A DNA stretch of 64,000 nt from Patescibacteria group bacterium. Its GTDB lineage: Bacteria; Patescibacteriota; Minisyncoccia; UBA6257; GWB1-50-10. Both the position numbers and the translations under genes were made by a program. Positions 44,028 to 52,728 of the stretch are shown here, piece after piece. Positions within the stretch are counted from its first letter, which is position 1. The number at the start of each line of letters is the position of its first letter. Below the pieces are notes generated by a model, which saw nothing but the letters and a program-made list of their open reading frames with translations, ran no database searches and was not told the DNA's origin. The stretch covers positions 6,779 through 70,778 of the forward strand of contig JBBTQX010000002.1 of the NCBI GenBank assembly GCA_038065455.1, read 5' to 3'.

Positions 44028-44450
44028 TTACCTCAAACTCATCAAGACGGCGCCGGCCGTGAGAAGCGCCGCGCCAAGGCCGGATTTCCAAGTCAGGTTT
44101 TCCCCTAAAAAGAGAATAGCGAGAACGAGCACAAAAACCACGCTTAGCCTATCCAAAGCCGCGACACCAGAGGCCGGGCCGTTCTTCAGGGCGAAGAAGT
44201 AGAAGAGCCACGAAAGCGCCCCGGCAACGCCGGAAAGAGCGATAAAAACCAGGGCTTTGTTATCTATGGATCTAAACGATTCCCAACTTCCGAGGCCAAA
44301 AGAAACGGCCAAAAGGAAAACTGCCATTATAACGGCGCGGACGGTCGTAGCAAGCGTCGAGTCGATGTTCGATATCCCGATTTTGCCGAAGACGGCGACG
44401 AGCGCCGCCGAAACAGCCGATAACAAAGCGAAAAATATCCAACTAGGCAT
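44028..44450 (-). CDS. EamA-domain (DMT superfamily) small membrane protein
   Basis: 140 aa, 4-5 TM segments, EamA-like pattern. Confidence 0.6.
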   Translation of the reverse strand: MPSWIFFALLSAVSAALVAVFGKIGISNIDSTLATTVRAVIMAVFLLAVSFGLGSWESFRSIDNKALVFIALSGVAGALSWLFYFFALKNGPASGVAALDRLSVVFVLVLAILFLGENLTWKSGLGAALLTAGAVLMSLR

Positions 44451-44868
44451 TGATTTTATTATACCTCAAAGAAAATGTGAGGCCGAGAGCGAAAAGAATA
44501 ATTGAATCGAAAGCCGAGAAGAGGCAATAAAAACAAAGCGAATGGATTATGAAAAGCTGGACATATAAGAACCAAAGCGAGGCAATAAATCCGAAAATCG
44601 TCAAAAGCCCGGCCAAGAAGAACAATTTTTCGTCTCTCTTTATAAACGAAATAAGAGAAAGAATGAATATGCCGAGATAATAAACCACGCCGAGGAGCGA
44701 CACCGGCACCGAGCCTAGTGTGGCATAGGAGCTTTGGAGCACCAAATCGCAGGTATTTATAAGCAGACAAACTACCGACACATCCTGATAATGCGTTATC
44801 GTAAGATATGTAGCATCAATCAATCCAAGAAAGCTCAATACCAAAAAAATTATCGCTATTTTTTTCAT
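44443..44868 (-). CDS. vitamin K epoxide reductase (VKOR)-family membrane protein
   Basis: Loop Cys pair (VVCLLINTC) and TM CxxC (CFYC). 141 aa. Confidence 0.65.
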   Translation of the reverse strand: MKKIAIIFLVLSFLGLIDATYLTITHYQDVSVVCLLINTCDLVLQSSYATLGSVPVSLLGVVYYLGIFILSLISFIKRDEKLFFLAGLLTIFGFIASLWFLYVQLFIIHSLCFYCLFSAFDSIILFALGLTFSLRYNKINA

Positions 44869-44884
44869 TTTAAATTAGTCTATG

Positions 44885-44908
44885 GGTGGTATAATTGACT
44901 ATACCACC
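44885..44908. repeat. GGTGGT-arm hairpin at the DoxX stop
   Basis: ggtggtata / tataccacc, 9-bp stem with 6-nt loop, T-run on the plus side. The arms resemble the 30-nt palindromes. Confidence 0.55.
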
Positions 44909-45357
44909 TGGTTTTTTACTCTGGATACTTTGCCATCCAAGCCGAAATAATTTCCGGCGTCCATTATGAAGAATAAAATAAGTAGCGCGGCGTAGATAAC
45001 ATGGTCGTCCACGATAAATCCGTTCGCCACGACCGGAAAAGCGTTGCCGGCAAAATAATACAAAACCATTAAAAGCGCCCCGGGGATGGCGCTCCACCGC
45101 ACGAAGAGCCCCAATATAAGGGAAATGCCCAAAAGCAAAAGTGCCCATTCGTTTATGAAATTCACAACCCCGATGACACTCGGCCCGGCAAACCAGGCAT
45201 ATAATCCGGAAAATGTCTTGGCATTAGCCAGGAATCCCGCCGCGCTCCAACTCGCGTCCAATATCTTCACGAGTCCGGCATAAAAGAAAATCCAGCCCAG
45301 CGCTATTCTCCCGACAGCCAGCCAAACCTTCGTATTTTTATTTAAAATATTTTCCAT
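44899..45357 (-). CDS. DoxX-family membrane protein
   Basis: RIALGWIFFYAGLVKI pattern. Start trimmed to ATG 45357. Confidence 0.65.
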   Translation of the reverse strand: MENILNKNTKVWLAVGRIALGWIFFYAGLVKILDASWSAAGFLANAKTFSGLYAWFAGPSVIGVVNFINEWALLLLGISLILGLFVRWSAIPGALLMVLYYFAGNAFPVVANGFIVDDHVIYAALLILFFIMDAGNYFGLDGKVSRVKNQVV

Positions 45358-45363
45358 ACTTCG

Positions 45364-45372
45364 ATTATACCA
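45364..45372 (-). promoter_or_regulatory. extended -10 element for a leaderless DoxX transcript
   Basis: Minus strand: TGgTATAAT, 6 nt, ATG(45357). Overlaps the stop of the upstream gene. Confidence 0.45.
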
Positions 45373-47134
45373 CCTCGGCGTTATAGCAGCTTTCACAATA
45401 TACGATTTCCTTGCGGTCGGGGGAATATGAGGTTTCGAATTCATTCGGGCACTTCCCTTCTCTATGCTGGTGCTTCACGGTGTTTTGATAAATTCCGTTC
45501 TCCGATTTTTGACTGGAGCATTGGCATTGGCGATGCCAAAGCGAAAATGGATTGCGTAATCCAAAACGCGCCCCGGCTCGACAATGAAAACAATTATGCG
45601 GTATTGGAATACGCATTTTTCTGTAGAACATTAATTCCGACGGCACAATCCGATAATTTCTTGCGCATAATGAACAACGCAGAGTTTCATTTAAGATAGT
45701 ATCCGACACATCGGAAATGCTCTCCGGCAACTTATCCAGGGAAATAGTTTCTTTGCCGGTAGTAACTTGAAAATGTTCTTGCCAACAGATTTTTTCTTCT
45801 TCCGCCTGTTTTTGAGTTATCGGAAAAAAATCCTGCGCTACCGTTTCATTGTAGGCAAAGTACGATAGTTCAGTCGGAAAGAATTCTCCATGTTTGTATG
45901 TTCTTCCTTTCGAATCGATGTATGGTATTTCATCCATTTGTTTCTTTATTTTTGAAATCAATTCTTCATATTCTTCTTTGGAATATTGCTTATTCAAAAC
46001 GCAATATTGGGCTTTCTTCAGGCCGCAACAGCCAAAAATGTCTTTTGACGAGTGGCATCCATCGACATAGGAAACTTCCGTATTTTTCCAGGAAAATATC
46101 GAGAAGCGGCTTCTATACGAGTGGTCGGGAGTAATTCCTTCATAGCATTGATCAAGCTCGCCTCCTACACTTAGGTCATAGCTCGCTTTAGGGGTATCGG
46201 AATTTTCAACCCATCGGCAATCTTCCGGACGCTGAACATTGAAACAGTCTCTGGAATTCTTGCCGTTTATGAGGGCATCACCCGTGCAATTAACACAATT
46301 TCTTAAACTTGAGAATTTCCTGGGGTAGAGAGGAAAAATAGATAAAAGCTCTTTCATTGCTCTTTCTGCGCCTGCGTGGGTATCAAGCCGATATTCGGCG
46401 AGAATGCGATTGTATTCCTCTTTTGTATATTCTTTATTCTTGAAACAATAACGCTTATGCCTGATGCCGACAGATAGGAAACAATCGGAACAATCCCTGC
46501 AATCCCAGCAAAAATTGCAATCGGAAAGCGCGACGGAATAATAAACATTCCGACATCGATAACATTTCTCCGTATAAACAGTTTCATAAATCGCTTCGCA
46601 TTCTCCCATTGAATTAAGGCTATCCACAATTTCTTTTCCATCGAGGAGATAAACGCTATAAAGACATTCTTCAAGTTTCCAGGCAATAAAAACCATATAG
46701 CAGTTCTTGCTACGCGCGAAATCCTGGGTATATTCGCAATTCAAGCTTCCGATTCCGTTGTCATTCACCATCGCGAGCGCTGGCACGCGTCTTTGCAGTT
46801 CCGCGAATTGTTCGAAGAATGATTTGGAAAAATCATATTCTTGCGCATAAGACTTCGGATCCCATCCGTCGGACCACCAGCATTTCTGACAATACACGCT
46901 TTTCATTGGTCCATCCGGAGAATAGAGGGAAATTATGTTTTTATTGCATAAGTCGCATTTTCTGGAGTAAAGCGATAAATCATTCCGCCAGGAAAGCCGG
47001 CGCTGTTTTCGGCATTCCGGGCACCAAGTCGGCGGCGGAACCTTCATTTTCTCATAAAACAAGAAATCGTCCGGTTCGATTGTGAACGGGTTTTTGCAGT
47101 TCTGACAGTTTTTGGTTTCTATTTTATTACTCAT
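45365..47134 (-). CDS. cysteine-rich hypothetical protein with zinc-ribbon modules at both termini
   Basis: 589 aa. A 42-residue CxxC...FYxKMx[VI]PxPxxCxxCR...RN module occurs at residues ~10-51 and again near the C-terminus. Many further CxxC pairs. Confidence 0.7.
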   Translation of the reverse strand: MSNKIETKNCQNCKNPFTIEPDDFLFYEKMKVPPPTWCPECRKQRRLSWRNDLSLYSRKCDLCNKNIISLYSPDGPMKSVYCQKCWWSDGWDPKSYAQEYDFSKSFFEQFAELQRRVPALAMVNDNGIGSLNCEYTQDFARSKNCYMVFIAWKLEECLYSVYLLDGKEIVDSLNSMGECEAIYETVYTEKCYRCRNVYYSVALSDCNFCWDCRDCSDCFLSVGIRHKRYCFKNKEYTKEEYNRILAEYRLDTHAGAERAMKELLSIFPLYPRKFSSLRNCVNCTGDALINGKNSRDCFNVQRPEDCRWVENSDTPKASYDLSVGGELDQCYEGITPDHSYRSRFSIFSWKNTEVSYVDGCHSSKDIFGCCGLKKAQYCVLNKQYSKEEYEELISKIKKQMDEIPYIDSKGRTYKHGEFFPTELSYFAYNETVAQDFFPITQKQAEEEKICWQEHFQVTTGKETISLDKLPESISDVSDTILNETLRCSLCARNYRIVPSELMFYRKMRIPIPHNCFHCRAGARFGLRNPFSLWHRQCQCSSQKSENGIYQNTVKHQHREGKCPNEFETSYSPDRKEIVYCESCYNAEVV

Positions 47135-47142
47135 TTTATTTC

Positions 47143-47172
47143 CTAGGTGGTGTCTTTAAAGACACCACCTAG
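47143..47172. repeat. 30-nt perfect palindrome, copy 1
   Basis: ctaggtggtgtctttaaagacaccacctag. Lies 9 nt upstream of the ATG at 47134 and overlaps its AGGA Shine-Dalgarno. Confidence 0.8.
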
Positions 47173-47190
47173 TTTTTGTCTTATTTTATA

Positions 47191-48390
47191 TCAACCGTAT
47201 AGTCTTTCTAGCTCCTTGTATTTGGAATTGCGGCTCTCGACGGGCGCGCCGATCTTCACGCCATAGGCGCCGCCGGCCTTGGCGAAGTGGATTATGAAAG
47301 CGTCCTCCACTTCCCCCGAACGGTGGGAAACGATGGTTTTCACGCCGTTCAAGCGGGCAATCTTCATGGCTTCGCAGGTTTCGGTCACAGTGCCGATTTG
47401 ATTCGGCTTCACTATCAATCCGCTGATTAGCCCTTCGCGGACTGCCTTCTCAATCGCGATGGGATTGGTTGTCGTGAGGTCATCCCCCACCACAAGCGCT
47501 CCCGCGGAACGGGAAGTTAATTTCTTGAAGCCTTCTTCGTCGGTTTCGGCGAACGGGTCTTCGATAGACATAAGAAGCGGGAAGGATTTCAGATAGAATT
47601 CGTAAACCTCCGCCATCTCATTGGTCGAAAGATTCCGTCCGTCGAATCGGTAGCGGCCGTTCTCAAAAAATCCGCTCGCGGCGGCATCAATAGCCAGAGA
47701 AAAATCGGGCGCCAACTTCCCCTCTTCTATCGCTTTTCCGAGAACTCTCAAAGGCCCGGCATTATCGGGAAAATCCAGAGAATATCCCCCTTCGTCCCCC
47801 AGCACCAATTTTCTTAGGCCGAATTCTTCTTTGATTTTCCCTCCCAATTTTTCATAGAAATCTTTCAATTCCGCGATGCTCCTCCCGAAGGAATCGTGGG
47901 TTTTCGCCACAACCATATATTCCTGGATATCCAGATTGTTCTTCGCGTGCGTCCCGCCATTTATGAGATTAGAAAATATTAGCGGATTTTCCCCAAAAAT
48001 CTCTCCGCCGAAGAATTCCTCGTTCAAAACTTCCCACAATTCCTTGTTCTTCGACTTGGCAACCAGACGCGCGAAAGAAACCGAGATGCCTAATATCAGG
48101 TTCCCGCCCAATATTTCTTTCCGCGGCGTGCCGTCCAAAGTGATGAGGAACGCATCCAGTTCGCCGATAGATTCGAAGTTCCGCCTTAAAATCTCCGGCT
48201 TTATCTTTTTTCCTGCGACTCGTATCGCCTCCGCGGGCTCCAGAACATCCGCCTCGTTCTTTCCCCGGCTCTTACCGGAGGGAATCTGCGCCGAAGCGGT
48301 ATCGCCATATTCTCCCGTCAAAAACACCTCGATGGTCGGCTTCCCCCTGAAATCCGTTATTTCCTTTACTTCAATGTCTTTTATCCTCAT
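47191..48390 (-). CDS. eno: enolase (divergent, 399 aa)
   Basis: FRGKPTIEV...IPSGKSRGKNEA N-terminal pattern. SHRSGE near the C-terminus. Confidence 0.8.
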   Translation of the reverse strand: MRIKDIEVKEITDFRGKPTIEVFLTGEYGDTASAQIPSGKSRGKNEADVLEPAEAIRVAGKKIKPEILRRNFESIGELDAFLITLDGTPRKEILGGNLILGISVSFARLVAKSKNKELWEVLNEEFFGGEIFGENPLIFSNLINGGTHAKNNLDIQEYMVVAKTHDSFGRSIAELKDFYEKLGGKIKEEFGLRKLVLGDEGGYSLDFPDNAGPLRVLGKAIEEGKLAPDFSLAIDAAASGFFENGRYRFDGRNLSTNEMAEVYEFYLKSFPLLMSIEDPFAETDEEGFKKLTSRSAGALVVGDDLTTTNPIAIEKAVREGLISGLIVKPNQIGTVTETCEAMKIARLNGVKTIVSHRSGEVEDAFIIHFAKAGGAYGVKIGAPVESRNSKYKELERLYG

Positions 48391-49385
48391 GCGATGAAAT
48401 TCTTCGGGTCTGCGCTGTTATTAATAAAACCCGAGATGTTCTGGAGTGTTACGGTCAATATCCTCATTAAAGCTTCGACGGTATTGAAAGCGTTGTGCGG
48501 AGTGATTAAAACGTTCGGCATTTTTATGAGCGCGTGATTTTCGAGAATTATTTTCATCGCTTCTCCGCTCGGCTCCGGCCCTTTTTCATATTTCGTTCCG
48601 CTCTCTTCTTCGAGTACATCCAATCCCGCGCCAGCCAGTATTCCATCTTGGAGCGCTTTCACGAGCGCATTCGTCTCCACGATCGGCCCGCGGGCGGTAT
48701 TCACCAAATACGCTCCTCTTTTTATCAAACTAATGTTATTTATATTAATGAGATGGCGGGTTTCCGGAGTCAAAGGACAATGGATAGTGAGTACATCGGA
48801 CTGCTTGAGCAATTCCTCGAGCGGAAGATATATGAAACCCAGTTCCTTTGCAGCCGCCGCATTTTCTATTACATCATAGGCGATGATTTTCATCCCGAAG
48901 CCGTTCGCGATTCTCGCCGATTCCAACCCGATCCGGCCCGTACCGATAATGCCGATTGTCCGGCCCTTGAGATCGATACCTCGAAGACCTTCAAGCGAAA
49001 AAGAGCCGCTTTCCTTGATGCGGTCTACCGCCAGATAGATTTTCCGGGTTAAATTCAGAAGGAGTCCGAAGGCCAGTTCCGCCACCGTGTTGTTGCCATA
49101 GCCCGGCACGTAACCCACTTTTATTCCTTTCGCTTTGCACGCCTCAAGGTCGATATGGTCGAAGCCGGTGGAATTTGTCGTCACCATCTTCAAATTTGGG
49201 AAATGTTCCAACACCTTCGCCGTTATCTTCGAATTGACGAAAATGGCGAGAATGTCGAAATCGTTCCGTTCCGGCAGTTCTTCCTCCGTAATCGCCTTAT
49301 TCGAGAAATACAATTCGTGGCCGGGCAGGCTCTCTCGCGCCGTTTTTTCCTCCCACCCCTCCGCCTCGAAAAATCCTATTTTCAT
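48387..49385 (-). CDS. D-isomer-specific 2-hydroxyacid dehydrogenase (LdhA/SerA-like)
   Basis: GIIGTGRIG NAD-binding motif. Catalytic R..E..H arrangement expected in the C-terminal half. Confidence 0.8.
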   Translation of the reverse strand: MKIGFFEAEGWEEKTARESLPGHELYFSNKAITEEELPERNDFDILAIFVNSKITAKVLEHFPNLKMVTTNSTGFDHIDLEACKAKGIKVGYVPGYGNNTVAELAFGLLLNLTRKIYLAVDRIKESGSFSLEGLRGIDLKGRTIGIIGTGRIGLESARIANGFGMKIIAYDVIENAAAAKELGFIYLPLEELLKQSDVLTIHCPLTPETRHLININNISLIKRGAYLVNTARGPIVETNALVKALQDGILAGAGLDVLEEESGTKYEKGPEPSGEAMKIILENHALIKMPNVLITPHNAFNTVEALMRILTVTLQNISGFINNSADPKNFIA

Positions 49386-49393
49386 ATGGCTTC

Positions 49394-49399
49394 ATTATA
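49394..49399 (-). promoter_or_regulatory. -10 element close to the start codon (near-leaderless)
   Basis: Minus strand: TATAAT, 8 nt, ATG(49385). Immediately downstream of a terminator. Confidence 0.4.
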
Positions 49400-49422
49400 A
49401 CGGAATGGGCCGATTTATAAAA

Positions 49423-49452
49423 ACAAAAAAACCGCGGTATATAATACCGCGG
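49423..49452 (-). terminator. rho-independent terminator
   Basis: Minus strand: stem ccgcggtat/ataccgcgg (9 bp, 3-nt loop) followed by T8. Confidence 0.8.
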
Positions 49453-49453
49453 C

Positions 49454-49708
49454 TTATAATGACTGTAATCCGGAAAAGGCAAATTCGTCGAAATCTTCGA
49501 TTGGTTCCGAGATCAAATCATCCTTGGAGATATCGCAACCGAGTTTTTCACTTGAAATTATCCCTTTTCCCGATTTGAATATCGTTCCGATAATTTCTCT
49601 GCCTTTGATTTCCTCTATTTTTACCACAAATATCGAGGTTCCTTCTATCTTCGCATGGGAACCGTAGAATTTGCCGATCTCGAACTTTTTCGAGTCACCG
49701 TTTTTCAT
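49454..49708 (-). CDS. hypothetical protein (84 aa)
   Basis: ORF bracketed by two terminators. No family recognised. Confidence 0.5.
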   Translation of the reverse strand: MKNGDSKKFEIGKFYGSHAKIEGTSIFVVKIEEIKGREIIGTIFKSGKGIISSEKLGCDISKDDLISEPIEDFDEFAFSGLQSL

Positions 49709-49754
49709 AGGGTTCTTTTCCTTTCTTTTTTGATTGGTGATATAAAACTACTGA

Positions 49755-49784
49755 ATAAAAAATAACACCGGAACGAGTCCGGTG
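49755..49784 (-). terminator. rho-independent terminator after the PspC-domain gene
   Basis: Minus strand: stem acaccgga/tccggtgt (8 bp), then a T-rich run. Confidence 0.7.
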
Positions 49785-49813
49785 TCAAACCCAGGCGTGT
49801 TTTAGAGACGAAA

Positions 49814-50254
49814 TTAACTTTCCTTCGTTACTAGATAAATACCGAAGATTATTGCGATTACCGGCCAGATGAACATTCCCATATGAAAGAATGGGAAGAA
49901 TTGCTGAATCATGAAAAAGATGCCGGCAACGACAATAATCGCCCCGATAATGACGCGGAAGCCGCCGTGCTTCTTGTCTTTCTTGATTTCTTCCGCCACC
50001 ACCTTTGCTTCTTTTTTGACCTTCTTGGCAAAATCTTTCACCTCTTCTTTCGGGCTCGTTTCCGCTCCCGCTTCAAGCGGAGTTATAACGGAGAGTACCA
50101 AATATACGAAAAGACCCACGCCGCCGGGCATTGTAAGGAGAACGAAGATGATCCTCACGACCGTCGAATCGATATTGAAATATTTTCCCAATCCGCCGCA
50201 CAAGCCGAATATCATCCTATCGCTCCGCGAACGATAAAGTTTTTTATGTTCCAT
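49814..50254 (-). CDS. PspC-domain membrane protein
   Basis: LYRSRSDRMIFGLCGGLGKYFNIDSTVVRIIFVLL is the PspC domain signature. Confidence 0.8.
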   Translation of the reverse strand: MEHKKLYRSRSDRMIFGLCGGLGKYFNIDSTVVRIIFVLLTMPGGVGLFVYLVLSVITPLEAGAETSPKEEVKDFAKKVKKEAKVVAEEIKKDKKHGGFRVIIGAIIVVAGIFFMIQQFFPFFHMGMFIWPVIAIIFGIYLVTKES

Positions 50255-50269
50255 AATCTAAAATATAAT

Positions 50270-52684
50270 CTATTTCCGGCTTAATTTCAAAATCGTCTTG
50301 ATGACGGAATCCGGATTCAAAGAAATGCTCTTTATCCCCTCCTTTACCAAGAATTCCGCGAAATCGGGATAATCGGAGGGCGCCTGGCCGCAAATGCCAA
50401 TGTATTTTTTCTTCGCGTTGCACTTGTGGATTATTTCCGCGATGAGTTTTTTGACCGAAGGGTTATTCTCGTTCGCGATATGGGTCACGATACCAGAGTC
50501 CCTATCCAAACCGAGCGTGAGCTGAGTCAGATCGTTGGAACCGATGGACATCCCGTCGAAAATTTCCAAAAATTCGTCCGCCAAGAGTATATTGGAAGGA
50601 ATTTCGCACATCACATAAATCTTGAGATTTTTGTCTTTTTTCCTGTTCAAGCCGTACTTCGCCATTATCTCCACTACTTTTCTTCCCTCTTCGGGCGTCC
50701 GGCAGAAAGGTATCATCGCTACTACATTTTGAAGCCCCATCGTCTCACGCACTTTCTTCAGAGCTTTCACTTCCAAACTGAAAGCATCCTTGAACTTCGG
50801 GTCATAGTAGCGAGAAGCGCCGCGCCAGCCAAGCATCGGGTTTTCTTCGTTCGGCTCGTAACGCTCGCCGCCCAAAAGCTTGGAATATTCGTTTGTTTTG
50901 AAATCCGAAAAGCGGATAATCACTTCGTTCGGCCAGAAGGCCGCGCCGATTTTCGCGATGCCCTCCGCGAGCTCGTCCACGTAGAAGTCTGTCTTCCGGC
51001 GGTAACCGAGCGTGATGGCGTCTATTTTCTCTACCAATTTTTTGGTTGCGGGATTCTTCTTCGCTTCGGAAACCAATTTCGGATAGTCGATGAGCGCGTT
51101 CGGATGGATTTTGATATGCGAAGCGATAATGAATTCGAGCCGTCCCAAGCCGACGCCCTGCGCCGGCAAGAAATGATTCTTGAAAGCCTCATCCGGCGAA
51201 GCGACATTCACCATCACTTTCACTTTAGACTTCGGAAGCTTGTCCAAATGACGCTCCGTGACGCCAAAAGGCAGAATGCCCGCATATACCTTCCCCTCCT
51301 CGCCCGAGGCGCAATCCACCGTCACCTTCTGGCCGGTCTTCAAAACTTTCGTCGCCTTGCCCGCGCCTACGATGCACGGAATGCCAAGCTCGCGCGAAAC
51401 GATTGCGGCGTGGGATGTCCGGCCGCCCTTGTCCGTAACGATGGCCGAGGCGATTTTCATAATCGGCTCCCAATCCGGATCGGTAATCTCGGTCACCAGC
51501 ACCTCCCCTTTTTTGAAATCTTTTATTTTCTTAGCATCTTTGATGACGCGCACCGGACCCGCACCGATTTTCGCCCCGACAGCGATGCCATTTATAAGAA
51601 CTTTAGATTGTTTCTGAAGATGGTATTCCTTATATATTTTCTTGTCCGTCAGAGCCTGAACGGTTTCCGGTCTGGCCTGGACAATGAAAAGCTTCTTCGT
51701 CCGTCCGTCCTTCGCCCACTCTATATCCATCGGCTGATAGTGTTTATGGAGTTTCGAAAAATACTTCTCTATCTCCAAAGACCATTTCGCGAGCGTAAGC
51801 ACCTCGTCCTCCGAAATGCAGAACTTCGCCTGCTGGGACTCCGTTACCGAAACTCTCTTCGTTCCCTCTTTTCCGTATATGAGCTTCACATTCTTCTTCC
51901 CCAAATTCTGCTCGATAATGGCGCGATGGCCGGTTTCAAGCGTCGGTTTGAAAACCATGAATTCGTCCGGCGTCACCTGACCTTGAACGATCATCTCTCC
52001 TAAGCCCCAGGAGCCGGTGATAATAATGGCGTTATCGAAGCCGCTCTCGGTATCAATCGTGAAAGCCACGCCCGAGGAGGCCAGGTCGGAGTGCACCATC
52101 TTCTGCACGCCGACCGAAAGCGCAATATCCGTATTGGCGAAACCCTTATCCACGCGGTATGAAATAGCGCGGTCGGTAAAAAGCGAAGCGATGCATTTTT
52201 TAGCCGAAAGAAGAACCGCTTCCACTCCCACTACATTCAGATAAGTTTCCTGCTGGCCGGCGAAAGATGCGCCCGGCAAATCCTCTGCAGTCGCGGACGA
52301 ACGCACAGCCGTGTCGGTATTTTTGCCGTACATCTTCTCCAGTTTCCGATAGGCTTCGCGGATAGCCCTCGTGAGCTCTTTCGGTAATTCGGCTTCAATT
52401 ATTATTTTGCGAATTTCTTTTCCGCTTTTCTGCAGTTCCCGAATATCCTTTGTATTCGTCCTCTTCATTATCTCCCGGATTTTCTTGTCCAAACCGGTCT
52501 TTTTCAAAAAGAAGCGGTAGGCAAAGGCGGTGAGCGCGAAACCGTTCGGGATATTTACGCCGAGCGGAACGAGGTGCGAATACATCTCCCCCAGTGCGGC
52601 GTTCTTCCCGCCCACGAGTGGGACATCCTTGATACCAAGTTCCTTGAACCACAAAACGAACGATTTTTTCTTAGATTGAGCCAT
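50270..52684 (-). CDS. ppsA: phosphoenolpyruvate synthase
   Basis: 804 aa. ATP-grasp N-terminus, phospho-His swivel (GGRTSHAAIVSRELGIPCIVG), PEP-utilising C-terminus. Confidence 0.93.
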   Translation of the reverse strand: MAQSKKKSFVLWFKELGIKDVPLVGGKNAALGEMYSHLVPLGVNIPNGFALTAFAYRFFLKKTGLDKKIREIMKRTNTKDIRELQKSGKEIRKIIIEAELPKELTRAIREAYRKLEKMYGKNTDTAVRSSATAEDLPGASFAGQQETYLNVVGVEAVLLSAKKCIASLFTDRAISYRVDKGFANTDIALSVGVQKMVHSDLASSGVAFTIDTESGFDNAIIITGSWGLGEMIVQGQVTPDEFMVFKPTLETGHRAIIEQNLGKKNVKLIYGKEGTKRVSVTESQQAKFCISEDEVLTLAKWSLEIEKYFSKLHKHYQPMDIEWAKDGRTKKLFIVQARPETVQALTDKKIYKEYHLQKQSKVLINGIAVGAKIGAGPVRVIKDAKKIKDFKKGEVLVTEITDPDWEPIMKIASAIVTDKGGRTSHAAIVSRELGIPCIVGAGKATKVLKTGQKVTVDCASGEEGKVYAGILPFGVTERHLDKLPKSKVKVMVNVASPDEAFKNHFLPAQGVGLGRLEFIIASHIKIHPNALIDYPKLVSEAKKNPATKKLVEKIDAITLGYRRKTDFYVDELAEGIAKIGAAFWPNEVIIRFSDFKTNEYSKLLGGERYEPNEENPMLGWRGASRYYDPKFKDAFSLEVKALKKVRETMGLQNVVAMIPFCRTPEEGRKVVEIMAKYGLNRKKDKNLKIYVMCEIPSNILLADEFLEIFDGMSIGSNDLTQLTLGLDRDSGIVTHIANENNPSVKKLIAEIIHKCNAKKKYIGICGQAPSDYPDFAEFLVKEGIKSISLNPDSVIKTILKLSRK

Positions 52685-52728
52685 ATTTCGTATTTCAGAC
52701 TACCTCGCTATTATAACACTACCGATAT

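Noticed and set aside
50426-52003. A 525-aa plus-strand ORF. Similar long antisense ORFs include 15176-16024, 21272-22054, 39218-39961 and 40239-41162.
   Set aside because: Each lies entirely antisense to a strongly conserved gene (ppsA, serS/lysS, mreB and others). They have biased R/F/L-rich composition and no start-site signals. I treat them as shadow ORFs.
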